From Gemmatimonadales bacterium (lineage in GTDB: Bacteria > Gemmatimonadota > Gemmatimonadetes > Gemmatimonadales > GWC2-71-9), in the NCBI GenBank assembly GCA_050184075.1, contig JBFXAS010000003.1:1856-65855 (forward strand): DNA of 64,000 nucleotides, given 5' to 3'. The notes under the pieces were generated by a model. It was not told where the DNA came from and made no database searches. It was given only the letters and a program-made list of their open reading frames with translations. Positions 9,069-17,486 of this stretch are shown here, piece by piece (position 1 is the first letter of the stretch; every line of letters begins with the position of its first letter). The translations under genes were made by a program, and so were the position numbers.

Positions 9069-10232
9069 CTACCGCAGCATCGACTTCGCGAGGGTCTGGA
9101 GTTGCATGTTACTGGTGCCCTCATAAATCGTGCCAATCTTGGCATCCCGGTAGAACTTCTCGGCCGGGTACTCCTTGGAGTAGCCGTAGCCCCCGAACAG
9201 CTCGAGCGACTGGCCCGCGACCCGGTTGGCCACCTGGGAGCCGAACAGCTTGGCGATGGCCGCCTCGTCCACGAACGGCCGGCCGGCATCCTTGAGCCGG
9301 GCGGCGTTGTAGACACAGAGCCGGGCGGCCTCGAGCTCCGCTCTCATCTGGGCCAGCTGGAACTGGACCCCCTGGAAGTCGGCGATCGCCTTCCCGAACT
9401 GCTTCCGCTCCTTGGTGAACTGGACCGCGGCGTCGAGCGCCCCCTGCGCGACCCCGATCATCTGCGCCCCGATCCCGATCCGGCCTTCGTTGAGCGTCTC
9501 GATCGCCACCTTGTAGCCCTGGCCGATCGGGCCCAGCACGTTCTCCTTCGGCACCCGGCACTCCTCCAGCACCAGCTCGCAGGTGCTCGAGGCCCGGATC
9601 CCGAGCTTGTTCTCCTTCTTCCCGACCGTGAAGCCGGGGAAGTCGCGCTCGACCAGGAACCCGGTGATGCCCTTGTAGCCCTTGGAGAAGTCGGTGTTGG
9701 CGAAGACGATGAAGATCTTGGCCTCGGCGCCGTTGGTGATCCACAGCTTCCGGCCGGTGAGCGACCAGTGGTCGCCCTGGTCCTCGGCCTTGCACTGGAG
9801 CGCGAAGGCGTCGCTCCCGCTGCCCGGCTCCGAGAGCGCGTAGGCGCCGAGCAGGCCGGTCGTCATCCGCGGGAAGAGCCGGCTCTTCTGCTCCTCGGTG
9901 CCCCAGCGGAGCAGGGCGTTGTTGACCAGGGTGTTGTGGACGTCGACGTAGATCGCCGCCGAGGCGTCGACCCGGGCCAGCTCCTCGATCGCCAGGGTGG
10001 CGAGGAAGATCGTCCCGTCGGCGCCGCCCCACTGCTCCGGCACCTCGATTCCCATCAGGCCCAGCTCGAAGAACTTCTCGATCAGGTCCGAGCGAAAGGC
10101 CGCCGCCTCGTCCATCTCCAGCACGTGCGGCTTGACCTCGGTCTCGGCGAATTCCCGAACGGTGTCGCGAAACAGCTGCTCCTCTTCCGAGAGGACCGAG
10201 AGCGGCTGCGCGGGGGCGATCGTGTCTGGCAT
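9069..10232 (-). CDS. acyl-CoA dehydrogenase (short/branched-chain type)
   Basis: 387 aa. Classic ACAD blocks: GAYALSEPGSGSDA, WITNG, LNEGRIGIGAQMIG, and QLFGGYGYSKEYPAEKFYRDAKIGTIYEGTSNMQ. Confidence 0.92.
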   Translation of the reverse strand: MPDTIAPAQPLSVLSEEEQLFRDTVREFAETEVKPHVLEMDEAAAFRSDLIEKFFELGLMGIEVPEQWGGADGTIFLATLAIEELARVDASAAIYVDVHNTLVNNALLRWGTEEQKSRLFPRMTTGLLGAYALSEPGSGSDAFALQCKAEDQGDHWSLTGRKLWITNGAEAKIFIVFANTDFSKGYKGITGFLVERDFPGFTVGKKENKLGIRASSTCELVLEECRVPKENVLGPIGQGYKVAIETLNEGRIGIGAQMIGVAQGALDAAVQFTKERKQFGKAIADFQGVQFQLAQMRAELEAARLCVYNAARLKDAGRPFVDEAAIAKLFGSQVANRVAGQSLELFGGYGYSKEYPAEKFYRDAKIGTIYEGTSNMQLQTLAKSMLR

Positions 10233-10465
10233 CGTGTCTCCGGTAAGGCTGAACGTCCGGCGAATCGCGTGGCGGCCCGGCGGGGCCCGATCGGGGCCGC
10301 CGGGAGCCGGGGGAAGTTACCCGCCGTGGAATAGACCCTCAAGTCGCATAACGCCAACAGTTTGAAGGTCCCTTCCCGGTCCGCGCCGCGGATCACTCTC
10401 CGCGCGGGCTGTGCATCGCCGCCAGGGCGGTGCATCTCCCGCACCAAACCACGGAGGAAACCGAG

Positions 10466-12397
10466 ATGTTCGCGCGTGCGCTGGCCCTGCTGACTGGTGG
10501 GCTCTTGATGGGCGCCACCCCCGCCGTCCGGTCGACGATCCAGACCGGCACCATCGAAGGAACCATCAAGGACGACCGCGGCGCCCCCGTGGCCGGCGCC
10601 CGAGTGATCGAAGAGGCGGGTGGCGTGTCCGCGCTCTCCGGCTCGGACGGCCGCTATCGCCTCGCGGGCGTGGCGATCGGTCGGGCCGCCGTGGCGGTCA
10701 GAGCGGTCGGCTTCGCGCCCGCGAGAAGGCTGCTGGAGGTGCGCGAGGGTCAGGTCGTGCGCGCGGACTTCGTGCTGCGGCCGGCCGCCTCGCCGGAGAC
10801 CGAGTCGAAAGTCGCCGACGAGTCCCGCCGCGAGCGCGATCGCATCCAGGTCAGAGCGGTCGCTCCGTCGCCCTCGATGGCGGCCGGCGCGATCGGTCGC
10901 CAGCGGTTCAACACCGAAGACTACAAGCACATTGTCGAGAACGACTGGCGCTCGCCCAAGGTGGCGCCGCTCAGCACCTTCTCGATCGACGTCGACGCGG
11001 CCAGCTACAGCAACGTCCGCCGCTTCATCACCGACGGCAGCCTGCCGCCGGCCGACGCGGTCCGGATCGAGGAGCTGATCAACTACTTCCGCTACGACTA
11101 TCCCGAGCCGCGGGGCCGCGATCCCTTCACGGTCACCACCGAGCTCGGCGACGCGCCCTGGGCGCCCGATCACAAGCTGGTCCTGATCGGCCTCCAGAGC
11201 CGCCGGATCGAGATGCGCGACCTGCCGCCCAACAACCTGGTCTTCCTCCTCGACGTGAGCGGCTCGATGGGCACGCCCGACAAGCTGCCCCTGGTCAAGA
11301 AGGCGTTTCGGCTGCTGGTCAACGAGCTCCGCGACGAGGACCGGGTCGCCATCGTGGTCTACGCCGGCGCCGCCGGTCTGGTGCTGCCGTCGACCTCGGG
11401 CCGGCACAAGGACCGGATCCTCGACGCGCTCGAGCGGCTCCAGGCGGGCGGCTCCACCGCCGGGGGGGCGGGCATCCAGCTCGCCTATCAGACCGCGCGG
11501 GAGCACTTCATCCGGGGCGGCAACAACCGCGTGATCCTCGCCACCGACGGCGACTTCAACGTCGGCGTCTCGAGCGAGGGCGGCCTGATCCGGCTGATCG
11601 AGGAGCGGCGGCGGGACGGCGTCTCGCTCACCGTGCTGGGCTTCGGCACCGGCAACTTGAAGGACTCGAAGATGGAGCTCCTGGCCGACAAGGGGAACGG
11701 GCACTACGCCTACATCGACGACCTGCTCGAGGCCAAGAAGGTCTTCGTCCAGGAGCTGGGCTCCACCCTGCTCACCGTGGCCAAGGACGTGAAGCTGCAG
11801 GTCGAGTTCAACCCGGCGCGGGTGGCCTCGTATCGCCTGGTGGGCTACGAGAACCGCAAGCTCAACGACGAGGACTTCAACGACGACCGCAAGGACGCCG
11901 GAGACCTGGGCGCCGGCCACTCGGTGACCGCGCTCTACGAGGTCGTGCCGGTCGGCGTCGAGCGCGACGACCGCCCCCGAGTCGATCCGCTCAAGTACCA
12001 GCAGCGGCGCGAGGTCCGCGGGCCGAGCGGCGACTGGCTCACGGTCAAGATTCGCTACAAGGATCCGGACGCCTCGCGGAGCCGGCTGCTCGAGCGCGTG
12101 GTCCGCGCCGAGGACGAGGGGGTCTCCGCCGACTTCCGGTTCGCCTCGGCGGTGGCGGGCTTCGGGATGCTGCTCCGCGACTCCGAGCACAAGGGCGAGC
12201 TGAGCTGGCGGCAGGTGATCGCGCTGGCCCGCGGCGCCAAGGGCGACGACCCGGACGGCTACCGCGGTGAGTTCATCCGACTGGTGGAGGCGGCCCGCGC
12301 GCTCTCGCCGCAGGACCGCGACGACCACGGTCCGGGCCACGACGACCGTCGGCACGACGAGGAGGACTGGGGTCGGCCTCGTCCCCGACAGCGCTGA
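10466..12397 (+). CDS. von Willebrand factor type A domain protein (YfbK-like) with N-terminal CarboxypepD_reg-like domain
   Basis: Start moved to ATG 10466, which has GGAGGAAA 6 nt upstream (the track starts at GTG 10430). Signal peptide MFARALALLTGGLLMGATPA; MIDAS motif LVFLLDVSGSMG; the C-terminal region is typical of YfbK-type VWA proteins. Confidence 0.85.
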   Translation: MFARALALLTGGLLMGATPAVRSTIQTGTIEGTIKDDRGAPVAGARVIEEAGGVSALSGSDGRYRLAGVAIGRAAVAVRAVGFAPARRLLEVREGQVVRADFVLRPAASPETESKVADESRRERDRIQVRAVAPSPSMAAGAIGRQRFNTEDYKHIVENDWRSPKVAPLSTFSIDVDAASYSNVRRFITDGSLPPADAVRIEELINYFRYDYPEPRGRDPFTVTTELGDAPWAPDHKLVLIGLQSRRIEMRDLPPNNLVFLLDVSGSMGTPDKLPLVKKAFRLLVNELRDEDRVAIVVYAGAAGLVLPSTSGRHKDRILDALERLQAGGSTAGGAGIQLAYQTAREHFIRGGNNRVILATDGDFNVGVSSEGGLIRLIEERRRDGVSLTVLGFGTGNLKDSKMELLADKGNGHYAYIDDLLEAKKVFVQELGSTLLTVAKDVKLQVEFNPARVASYRLVGYENRKLNDEDFNDDRKDAGDLGAGHSVTALYEVVPVGVERDDRPRVDPLKYQQRREVRGPSGDWLTVKIRYKDPDASRSRLLERVVRAEDEGVSADFRFASAVAGFGMLLRDSEHKGELSWRQVIALARGAKGDDPDGYRGEFIRLVEAARALSPQDRDDHGPGHDDRRHDEEDWGRPRPRQR

Positions 12398-12416
12398 GCT
12401 CTGACCTGGCCGTTTT

Positions 12417-12452
12417 CGACCGGCGCCTCTCGACGAGGCGCCGGTCGTCTTT
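12417..12452 (+). terminator. intrinsic terminator between convergent genes
   Basis: Perfect 13-bp stem CGACCGGCGCCTC / GAGGCGCCGGTCG (12417..12429 and 12435..12447) with loop TCGAC. It is preceded by TTTT and followed by TCTTTC, and lies 20 nt after the VWA stop. Confidence 0.7.
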
Positions 12453-13570
12453 CAGGGCCGGACCTCGAGCGCGCCGTAGACCATGGTCTGGATCCGGTTG
12501 GTGAGATCGAGCCCGGGGGCCGGCAGGTGCTGGGTCATCACCAGGATGATCAGGTCGAGCGCCGGATCCACCAGATAGCTCGAGTGATAGGCGCCGCCCC
12601 AGGCGAAGCTCCCCGGCGACGAGAACCCGCCACCCGCGCCCATCCGCTCGGTGACCTGAAAGCCGAGCCCGAAGCCACTGCCCTCGCCCGGAAAGAGGGT
12701 CCCGCTCTGGTTCGAGATCATCAGCTCGACGCTTCGGGGCGAGAGGATCTGGGCCCCGTCGAGCGAGCCTCCGTTCGCGAGCGCCTCCAGGAGCCGACCG
12801 TAATCACGTGCGGTGGAGAGCAGCCCGGCGCCGCCCGCGAAGCTCCGCCGCGGTCCCTCGACGTAGTGACCCTGCCCGCGGGCTCCCTCGGCCGCCCGGG
12901 CGAGCTTCCCGTTCGATCCGACCGAGTAGACGGCCGCCAGCCGCTCACGATCGGGGGGTGGGAGGAAGAAGTGGGTGTCGCGCATCCCGAGCGGGCCCGT
13001 GATGTGCCGCTCGAAGTAGACGTCGAGCGGCATGCCCGAGGCCCGCTCCACGACGCAGCCCAGGATGTCCGTGTTGTAGCCGTAGACCCAGGCCTCGCCG
13101 GGCTGGTGAACGAAAGGCAGCGTGCCCAGCCGCTCCATCGTCTCGCAGATCGGCTCGTCCTTGTCGGCCGTGTACCAGCCGAACCCCGCGGCCGGACCGA
13201 GACCCTTGGCCCGATACGCCTCGGCCACCTGGCGCTCGGTTCCGTACGAGATCCCCGCGGTGTGGGTGAGCAGGTCCTTGATGGTGATCGCGCGCTTGGC
13301 CGGGAGGATTGCGACGCCCGTGTCCGTCACGGTGGCCACGGTGGTCCGCTCGAAGCTCGGCAGGTAGCGGGAGACCCGGTCGTTGAGCGTCAGCTTGCCC
13401 GCTTCCACCAGCTGCATCACCGCCACGCTGGTGAGCGCCTTGGTCTGCGACGCGATCCGGAAGATCGTCTCGGGCCGCATCGCCTGGTTGGACTCGCGAT
13501 CGGCCCAGCCGGCCGCCGTCTCGTAGGCGAGCCGGCCGTGCTGCCGGCCAAGAGAGACCCTGCGCGTCAT
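12452..13570 (-). CDS. serine hydrolase (beta-lactamase/PBP-like, class C esterase family)
   Basis: SxxK nucleophile in FRIASQTKALTSVAVMQLVEAGKL. Trimmed to ATG 13570 because the upstream part of track ORF 12452..13804 is Arg-rich and would run into the neighbouring gene. No signal peptide with this start. Confidence 0.8.
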   Translation of the reverse strand: MTRRVSLGRQHGRLAYETAAGWADRESNQAMRPETIFRIASQTKALTSVAVMQLVEAGKLTLNDRVSRYLPSFERTTVATVTDTGVAILPAKRAITIKDLLTHTAGISYGTERQVAEAYRAKGLGPAAGFGWYTADKDEPICETMERLGTLPFVHQPGEAWVYGYNTDILGCVVERASGMPLDVYFERHITGPLGMRDTHFFLPPPDRERLAAVYSVGSNGKLARAAEGARGQGHYVEGPRRSFAGGAGLLSTARDYGRLLEALANGGSLDGAQILSPRSVELMISNQSGTLFPGEGSGFGLGFQVTERMGAGGGFSSPGSFAWGGAYHSSYLVDPALDLIILVMTQHLPAPGLDLTNRIQTMVYGALEVRP

Positions 13571-13629
13571 CGAAGCCTCGTGGTCGGGATGGAGGAAGCT
13601 ACGCGGCCGCCCGACCCCGCGGATAGACC

Positions 13630-14538
13630 CTACTCGATCCGAATCCCGATCCGGTGGACCGCTCCAGTGCCGCGGTAGCTCTCGAAGGCGTAGTCGAGCG
13701 CGAATCGGTCGAGGCCGAGCGAGCCGCCCACCACGATCGGCTGCAGCGCCGGGTCGCCCGACCCGTCGACCCGGCGGGCGCCGAGTCGCACGGTGCCGGT
13801 CCAACCCTGAACGGGCTCGTAGGTGAGCTCGGCCACCGCGGAAGGCGTGATCCTGCCCCCACGCTCCCGCGCGAGGCCGGCCGCCAGGTTGAGGTCGAGG
13901 AAGGCCCCGATGCGGGTAACCCGCGGCCGCACCCCAAGGCTCACCCGGGTCGGCAGCTCGCGGCGCACCGCGCCGATCTCGAAGTCGGAGCCCAGGTGCT
14001 GCACGGCGAGACCGACCTGAAGACCGGCGACCGTTCTGGAGACCCCGAAGTCGTAGAGCGCCGCGCTCACCCGGCCGCCCGGCAGACGATCTTCGCCGTA
14101 GGAGAGCGCCGCTCCCAGTCGGAAGCCGAGCAGGTTCATCGCGAGCGCGGTGCCGGCGACCAGGCTCGACGCGTCCACCGGGCCGCGGACGGTGAGGTCC
14201 GCGATCCGGGGCACCACCCCGTCGCTTCCAAAGTCGAGCCAGCTGGCGAAGAAGCCGACGCTCACCGGCCCGAGCGCCGTCGAGGTGGCGAGCGTGCCCT
14301 GGGTGCTCGCACCGGCGAACCGCCCGAGCGAGATGGTGACGCCCCTGCTGACGCCGGTGCGCGCGGGATTGGCGAGCATCGCGTCGACGCTGCCGCCGAC
14401 GACCTGGGCGTCTCCACGAGCGGCGGCCAGCGCGGTGGGCGGGAGCTGGAGCGTCACGCCGCCGCCGGATTGGGCGGAGAGCGGGCCCGCCGCCAGCACG
14501 GTCACGAGCACCGAGGGGAGGGAAGTGGAAAGTCTCAT
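13630..14538 (-). CDS. putative outer-membrane beta-barrel protein
   Basis: 302 aa. Signal peptide MRLSTSLPSVLVTVLAAGPLSAQ, followed by alternating amphipathic Gly/Ala/Val-rich strands. The start ATG overlaps the upstream stop (ATGA at 14535..14538). No family recognised. Confidence 0.6.
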   Translation of the reverse strand: MRLSTSLPSVLVTVLAAGPLSAQSGGGVTLQLPPTALAAARGDAQVVGGSVDAMLANPARTGVSRGVTISLGRFAGASTQGTLATSTALGPVSVGFFASWLDFGSDGVVPRIADLTVRGPVDASSLVAGTALAMNLLGFRLGAALSYGEDRLPGGRVSAALYDFGVSRTVAGLQVGLAVQHLGSDFEIGAVRRELPTRVSLGVRPRVTRIGAFLDLNLAAGLARERGGRITPSAVAELTYEPVQGWTGTVRLGARRVDGSGDPALQPIVVGGSLGLDRFALDYAFESYRGTGAVHRIGIRIE

Positions 14539-16466
14539 GGCTTGGGGGCGAAGAAGGCCGGGTCGGGCCGGCTCAGTCCGATGTCGGTGACGACCACGGT
14601 GCCGGCCTCGGTGCGATCGAAGACCAGCGCGATCGAGGCGAGCCGCTCGGGTCGGAACCCGGGTGCGGCCCGGGCGAAGTCGGCGAGCGGGATCACGTAG
14701 GTCTGGAGCACCAGCTCGCGGAGCGACGCGAAGCCCGACTTGTCCTGCCCCTTCCGGCGCTGGACCGTCACCTCCGGAACCCGGCGGATCGCGCCATAGC
14801 GGCCGAGGGAGATGCGCGCGACGGTGCCGCCGGCGTCTCGGGCTTCGATCGAGAGGTCCACCGGCATCGAGTCGAGGTCCTCAGGCTTGGCCTTGGGCGC
14901 GGGCGGCTTCTTCTCCGCCTGCTTCGTGGTGCTGTCCTTCGCGGCGCTGTCCGCCTTCGGCTTGCGCGGAGCCGGAACCGCCGTGGTTGGCGTCAGCGAA
15001 AGGACCACCGCCGACTGTTGCCCCACCGCCCAGGCCGCGCGGAGCGAGTCCGGGATCCCGATCCGGTACGCCGCCGGCCGACCGCGCTTGGTGGTGTCGT
15101 CGCCGGCGATCCGGTTGTTCCACCCGAGCCAGACGGCGCCGTGACCGGCCTCGGTATTCCGCCAGCGGAGCGGGACCTGCCCCTCGCGCCAGGTGGCGAG
15201 GCTGTCGCCCTCGAGGGTGACGCCGGGCCGGCTGCCGGTGGTGACGTCGACGTCCTCGTCGTAGCTCGCGAGCGCCCGGTAGCCCGACTCCTGGAAACGG
15301 GTCACGTACCTGGTCTTCGGCAGCCAGCCGCCGGCCACGCGGTGGTCGGCGAACAACGGCAGATAGGCCTTGTTGCCCCTGAGCGCGGCTTCCAGGAACC
15401 CGGTGATCACCACCAGCGCGAACCGGCGCTGCTCCTCGGGGCCGATCAGGCCGCGAAGATCGAGATAGCGGGCGCTCCGCGGCCCGTTGTCTTGGTTGCC
15501 CCAGACCGTGTTCCACTGGCCGTGGTTGGCCCGGTACATCCAGATCGCGCTCTTGAACCACTCGCCGCCGTCGGTGAACTCGATCCGCTGATACTGACGA
15601 AGGCCCGAGAAGGCGGAGACGTCGCCGTCGTGGGACCCGTGGATCACCAGATAGTTGACGTTCTCGAGGGGCGTGGGCACCTCGGCGGGCTCGTACTGCC
15701 CGTCGATCGGCGCGATCGCCACCAGGCCCTTGATCGCGAACCCGTGGTCGAACTCGACGGTGGCGTCGTCCGGATAGTGACGGAGCCGATTGAAGGCGCC
15801 GGCCACCGCGACGGCCTCGCCGCCCCGGCTGTGCCCCATCAGCGCGATCTTGCCGAGGTCGACCTTGTGATGGAACGGGCTGTTGCTCGAGTCGTTGAAG
15901 CCCCGCCAGGCCTCGAGGTGCTTGAGCAGCATCCAGCCCCGGGCGTCGTTCTCGCCGCGGAGGTTGCCGTTCAGGAAGTTCTCGTCCACCGACGCCAGGA
16001 TGTAGCCCCGGCTCGCGAGATGACGACCGAGGTACTCGTAGCCCGGGTCGGAGAAATCCGTCATGTCGTGGTTGCCGTGGACCACGAGGACCAGCGGATA
16101 GGGCCCCGGCCCGTCGGGATACCAGACCCGCCCGTTCACGGGCAGCTTGTCGAAGCCGAAGCCCCAGTACTTCCGCCGGGACTTGCCGATCGCGGGCGTC
16201 GGCGCCCGGGCCAGCTTGCTGCCGTCGACCGTCCGGGTTTCGAGCGTCAGCGAGTCCCGAAACTCCGCCCGATGTCTGTCGTTGCCGCTGCCGTAATAGA
16301 GGTGCTTCACCGCGAGCGGGCCCGGCGCCCGGGGGTCGGGCGCGTCGATCAGTTGGTGAGCCAGCACGGTCGCGGAGTCGTCGCGTGCCAGCTTGAGCGG
16401 TTGCACACACCCGGCCGCAAGGCAGACCGCGGCGAGAGCGGCAAACCGGTCGATGGGTCGGCCCAT
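14535..16466 (-). CDS. lipoprotein alpha/beta hydrolase with an extra C-terminal domain
   Basis: 643 aa. Lipobox LAAGC in MGRPIDRFAALAAVCLAAGCVQ; nucleophile elbow IALMGHSRGGEAVA. A low-complexity Lys/Pro/Ala linker (PRKPKADSAAKDSTTKQAEKKPPAPKAKPED) precedes a roughly 110-aa C-terminal domain. Confidence 0.8.
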   Translation of the reverse strand: MGRPIDRFAALAAVCLAAGCVQPLKLARDDSATVLAHQLIDAPDPRAPGPLAVKHLYYGSGNDRHRAEFRDSLTLETRTVDGSKLARAPTPAIGKSRRKYWGFGFDKLPVNGRVWYPDGPGPYPLVLVVHGNHDMTDFSDPGYEYLGRHLASRGYILASVDENFLNGNLRGENDARGWMLLKHLEAWRGFNDSSNSPFHHKVDLGKIALMGHSRGGEAVAVAGAFNRLRHYPDDATVEFDHGFAIKGLVAIAPIDGQYEPAEVPTPLENVNYLVIHGSHDGDVSAFSGLRQYQRIEFTDGGEWFKSAIWMYRANHGQWNTVWGNQDNGPRSARYLDLRGLIGPEEQRRFALVVITGFLEAALRGNKAYLPLFADHRVAGGWLPKTRYVTRFQESGYRALASYDEDVDVTTGSRPGVTLEGDSLATWREGQVPLRWRNTEAGHGAVWLGWNNRIAGDDTTKRGRPAAYRIGIPDSLRAAWAVGQQSAVVLSLTPTTAVPAPRKPKADSAAKDSTTKQAEKKPPAPKAKPEDLDSMPVDLSIEARDAGGTVARISLGRYGAIRRVPEVTVQRRKGQDKSGFASLRELVLQTYVIPLADFARAAPGFRPERLASIALVFDRTEAGTVVVTDIGLSRPDPAFFAPKP

Positions 16467-16580
16467 CCGTTTTCCTCGGAGCCGAGGGTTGTCTTTGGCG
16501 AGACGCTTCCGGGGCTGGGCCCCGTGACCTCTTTAGACGGGATCCGCGGGCCGGACGTTGCACCGTCCAGCCGGCCCGGT

Positions 16581-17486
16581 TCAGCTCAGGACTCGAACCG
16601 ACCCGTCGCGGCGGCCCCGGAGGGCGGCGGCCATCGCTTCGATGCCGTCCACCACCCGCGGCCCGGGCCGTGACACGTGCCCGTTGCCATCGAGGGCGTA
16701 GACCTGGTGCCCCAACCCTCGCGCGGCTTCGGCGGCTGTCGACCCGCCGCCGACGAAGCGGCGCCACTCCGCGGCGCTCCGATCGGCGTCGAAGCCGCAG
16801 AGCGCCACGAACACCACCTCGGGCTCGAGCGCCGCGACCTCCGACCAGGCTCGCTCCCGCGAATGTTCGCCCGGGCTGGCGCCGACGTCCTTGCCGCCCG
16901 CCGCCTCGATCATCTCCGCCACCCAGTGGCCCGCCAGGAAGAGCGGCTCGAGCCACTCGATCGCGACGACCCGCGGGCGGACCTCGATCGGCTCCGCTTT
17001 CACCCGATCGATCCGATAGCGGAGACCGGCCACCAGCTCCTCCGCGTCGGCCGCCAGGTCGAGCGCCGTGCCTACGGCCACGAGGTCCTCGAAGATCCCG
17101 TCGCGCGTCCTCGCGCCGAGCGAAACCACCATCGGCTTGGGATCAAGGGCGGCGGCCAGGTCGACGACGGAGCCTTCCGCCACGGCGCAGACCTGACAGA
17201 CCGCCTGGGTCAGCACCAGGTCGGGTCGGAGCGCGGCGAGCCGGTCCGCGTCGACCGCGAAGAGCGGCGTCCCGGCCGCCAGCGCGTCGCGCACCGCCTG
17301 GTCGATCGTGGCGCCGTCGCGGGTGGGGTCGATCGGTGTGCTGGTGACCCTGGGGAGCCGCGAGAGTCGTGGCGGATAGTCGCACTCGTGCGAGATCCCG
17401 ACCAGGCGGGCCTCGGCGCCCAGGGTCACCACCATCTCGGTGGCTGCCGGCACCAGCGACACGACCCGCGCCGGCGCCGCGGTCAC
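16581..17486 (-). CDS. BtuF-like cobalamin-binding protein (periplasmic-binding-protein type 2 fold) lacking a signal peptide
   Basis: Track ORF 16581..18275 trimmed to GTG 17486..17484, which overlaps the upstream stop (GTGA). VTAAPARVVSLVPAATEMVVTLGAEARLVGISHECDYP...DLVLTQAVCQVCAV is typical of BtuF/TroA-like binding proteins. The upstream part of the ORF overlaps the yitJ-like gene and is a shadow. Confidence 0.75.
   Translation of the reverse strand: MTAAPARVVSLVPAATEMVVTLGAEARLVGISHECDYPPRLSRLPRVTSTPIDPTRDGATIDQAVRDALAAGTPLFAVDADRLAALRPDLVLTQAVCQVCAVAEGSVVDLAAALDPKPMVVSLGARTRDGIFEDLVAVGTALDLAADAEELVAGLRYRIDRVKAEPIEVRPRVVAIEWLEPLFLAGHWVAEMIEAAGGKDVGASPGEHSRERAWSEVAALEPEVVFVALCGFDADRSAAEWRRFVGGGSTAAEAARGLGHQVYALDGNGHVSRPGPRVVDGIEAMAAALRGRRDGSVRVLS

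Noticed and set aside
10331-10338. Recurrent (A/T)TAGAC(C/G) motif in spacers: 10331, 13623, 23739, 35203, 16533.
   Set aside because: Spacing to the neighbouring TAnnnT boxes is inconsistent (11 vs 21 nt). One copy is simply the loop and stem of a terminator hairpin (23724..23753). Two copies include the stop codons of adjacent genes. It is probably a mix of weak -10-like hexamers and coincidence.
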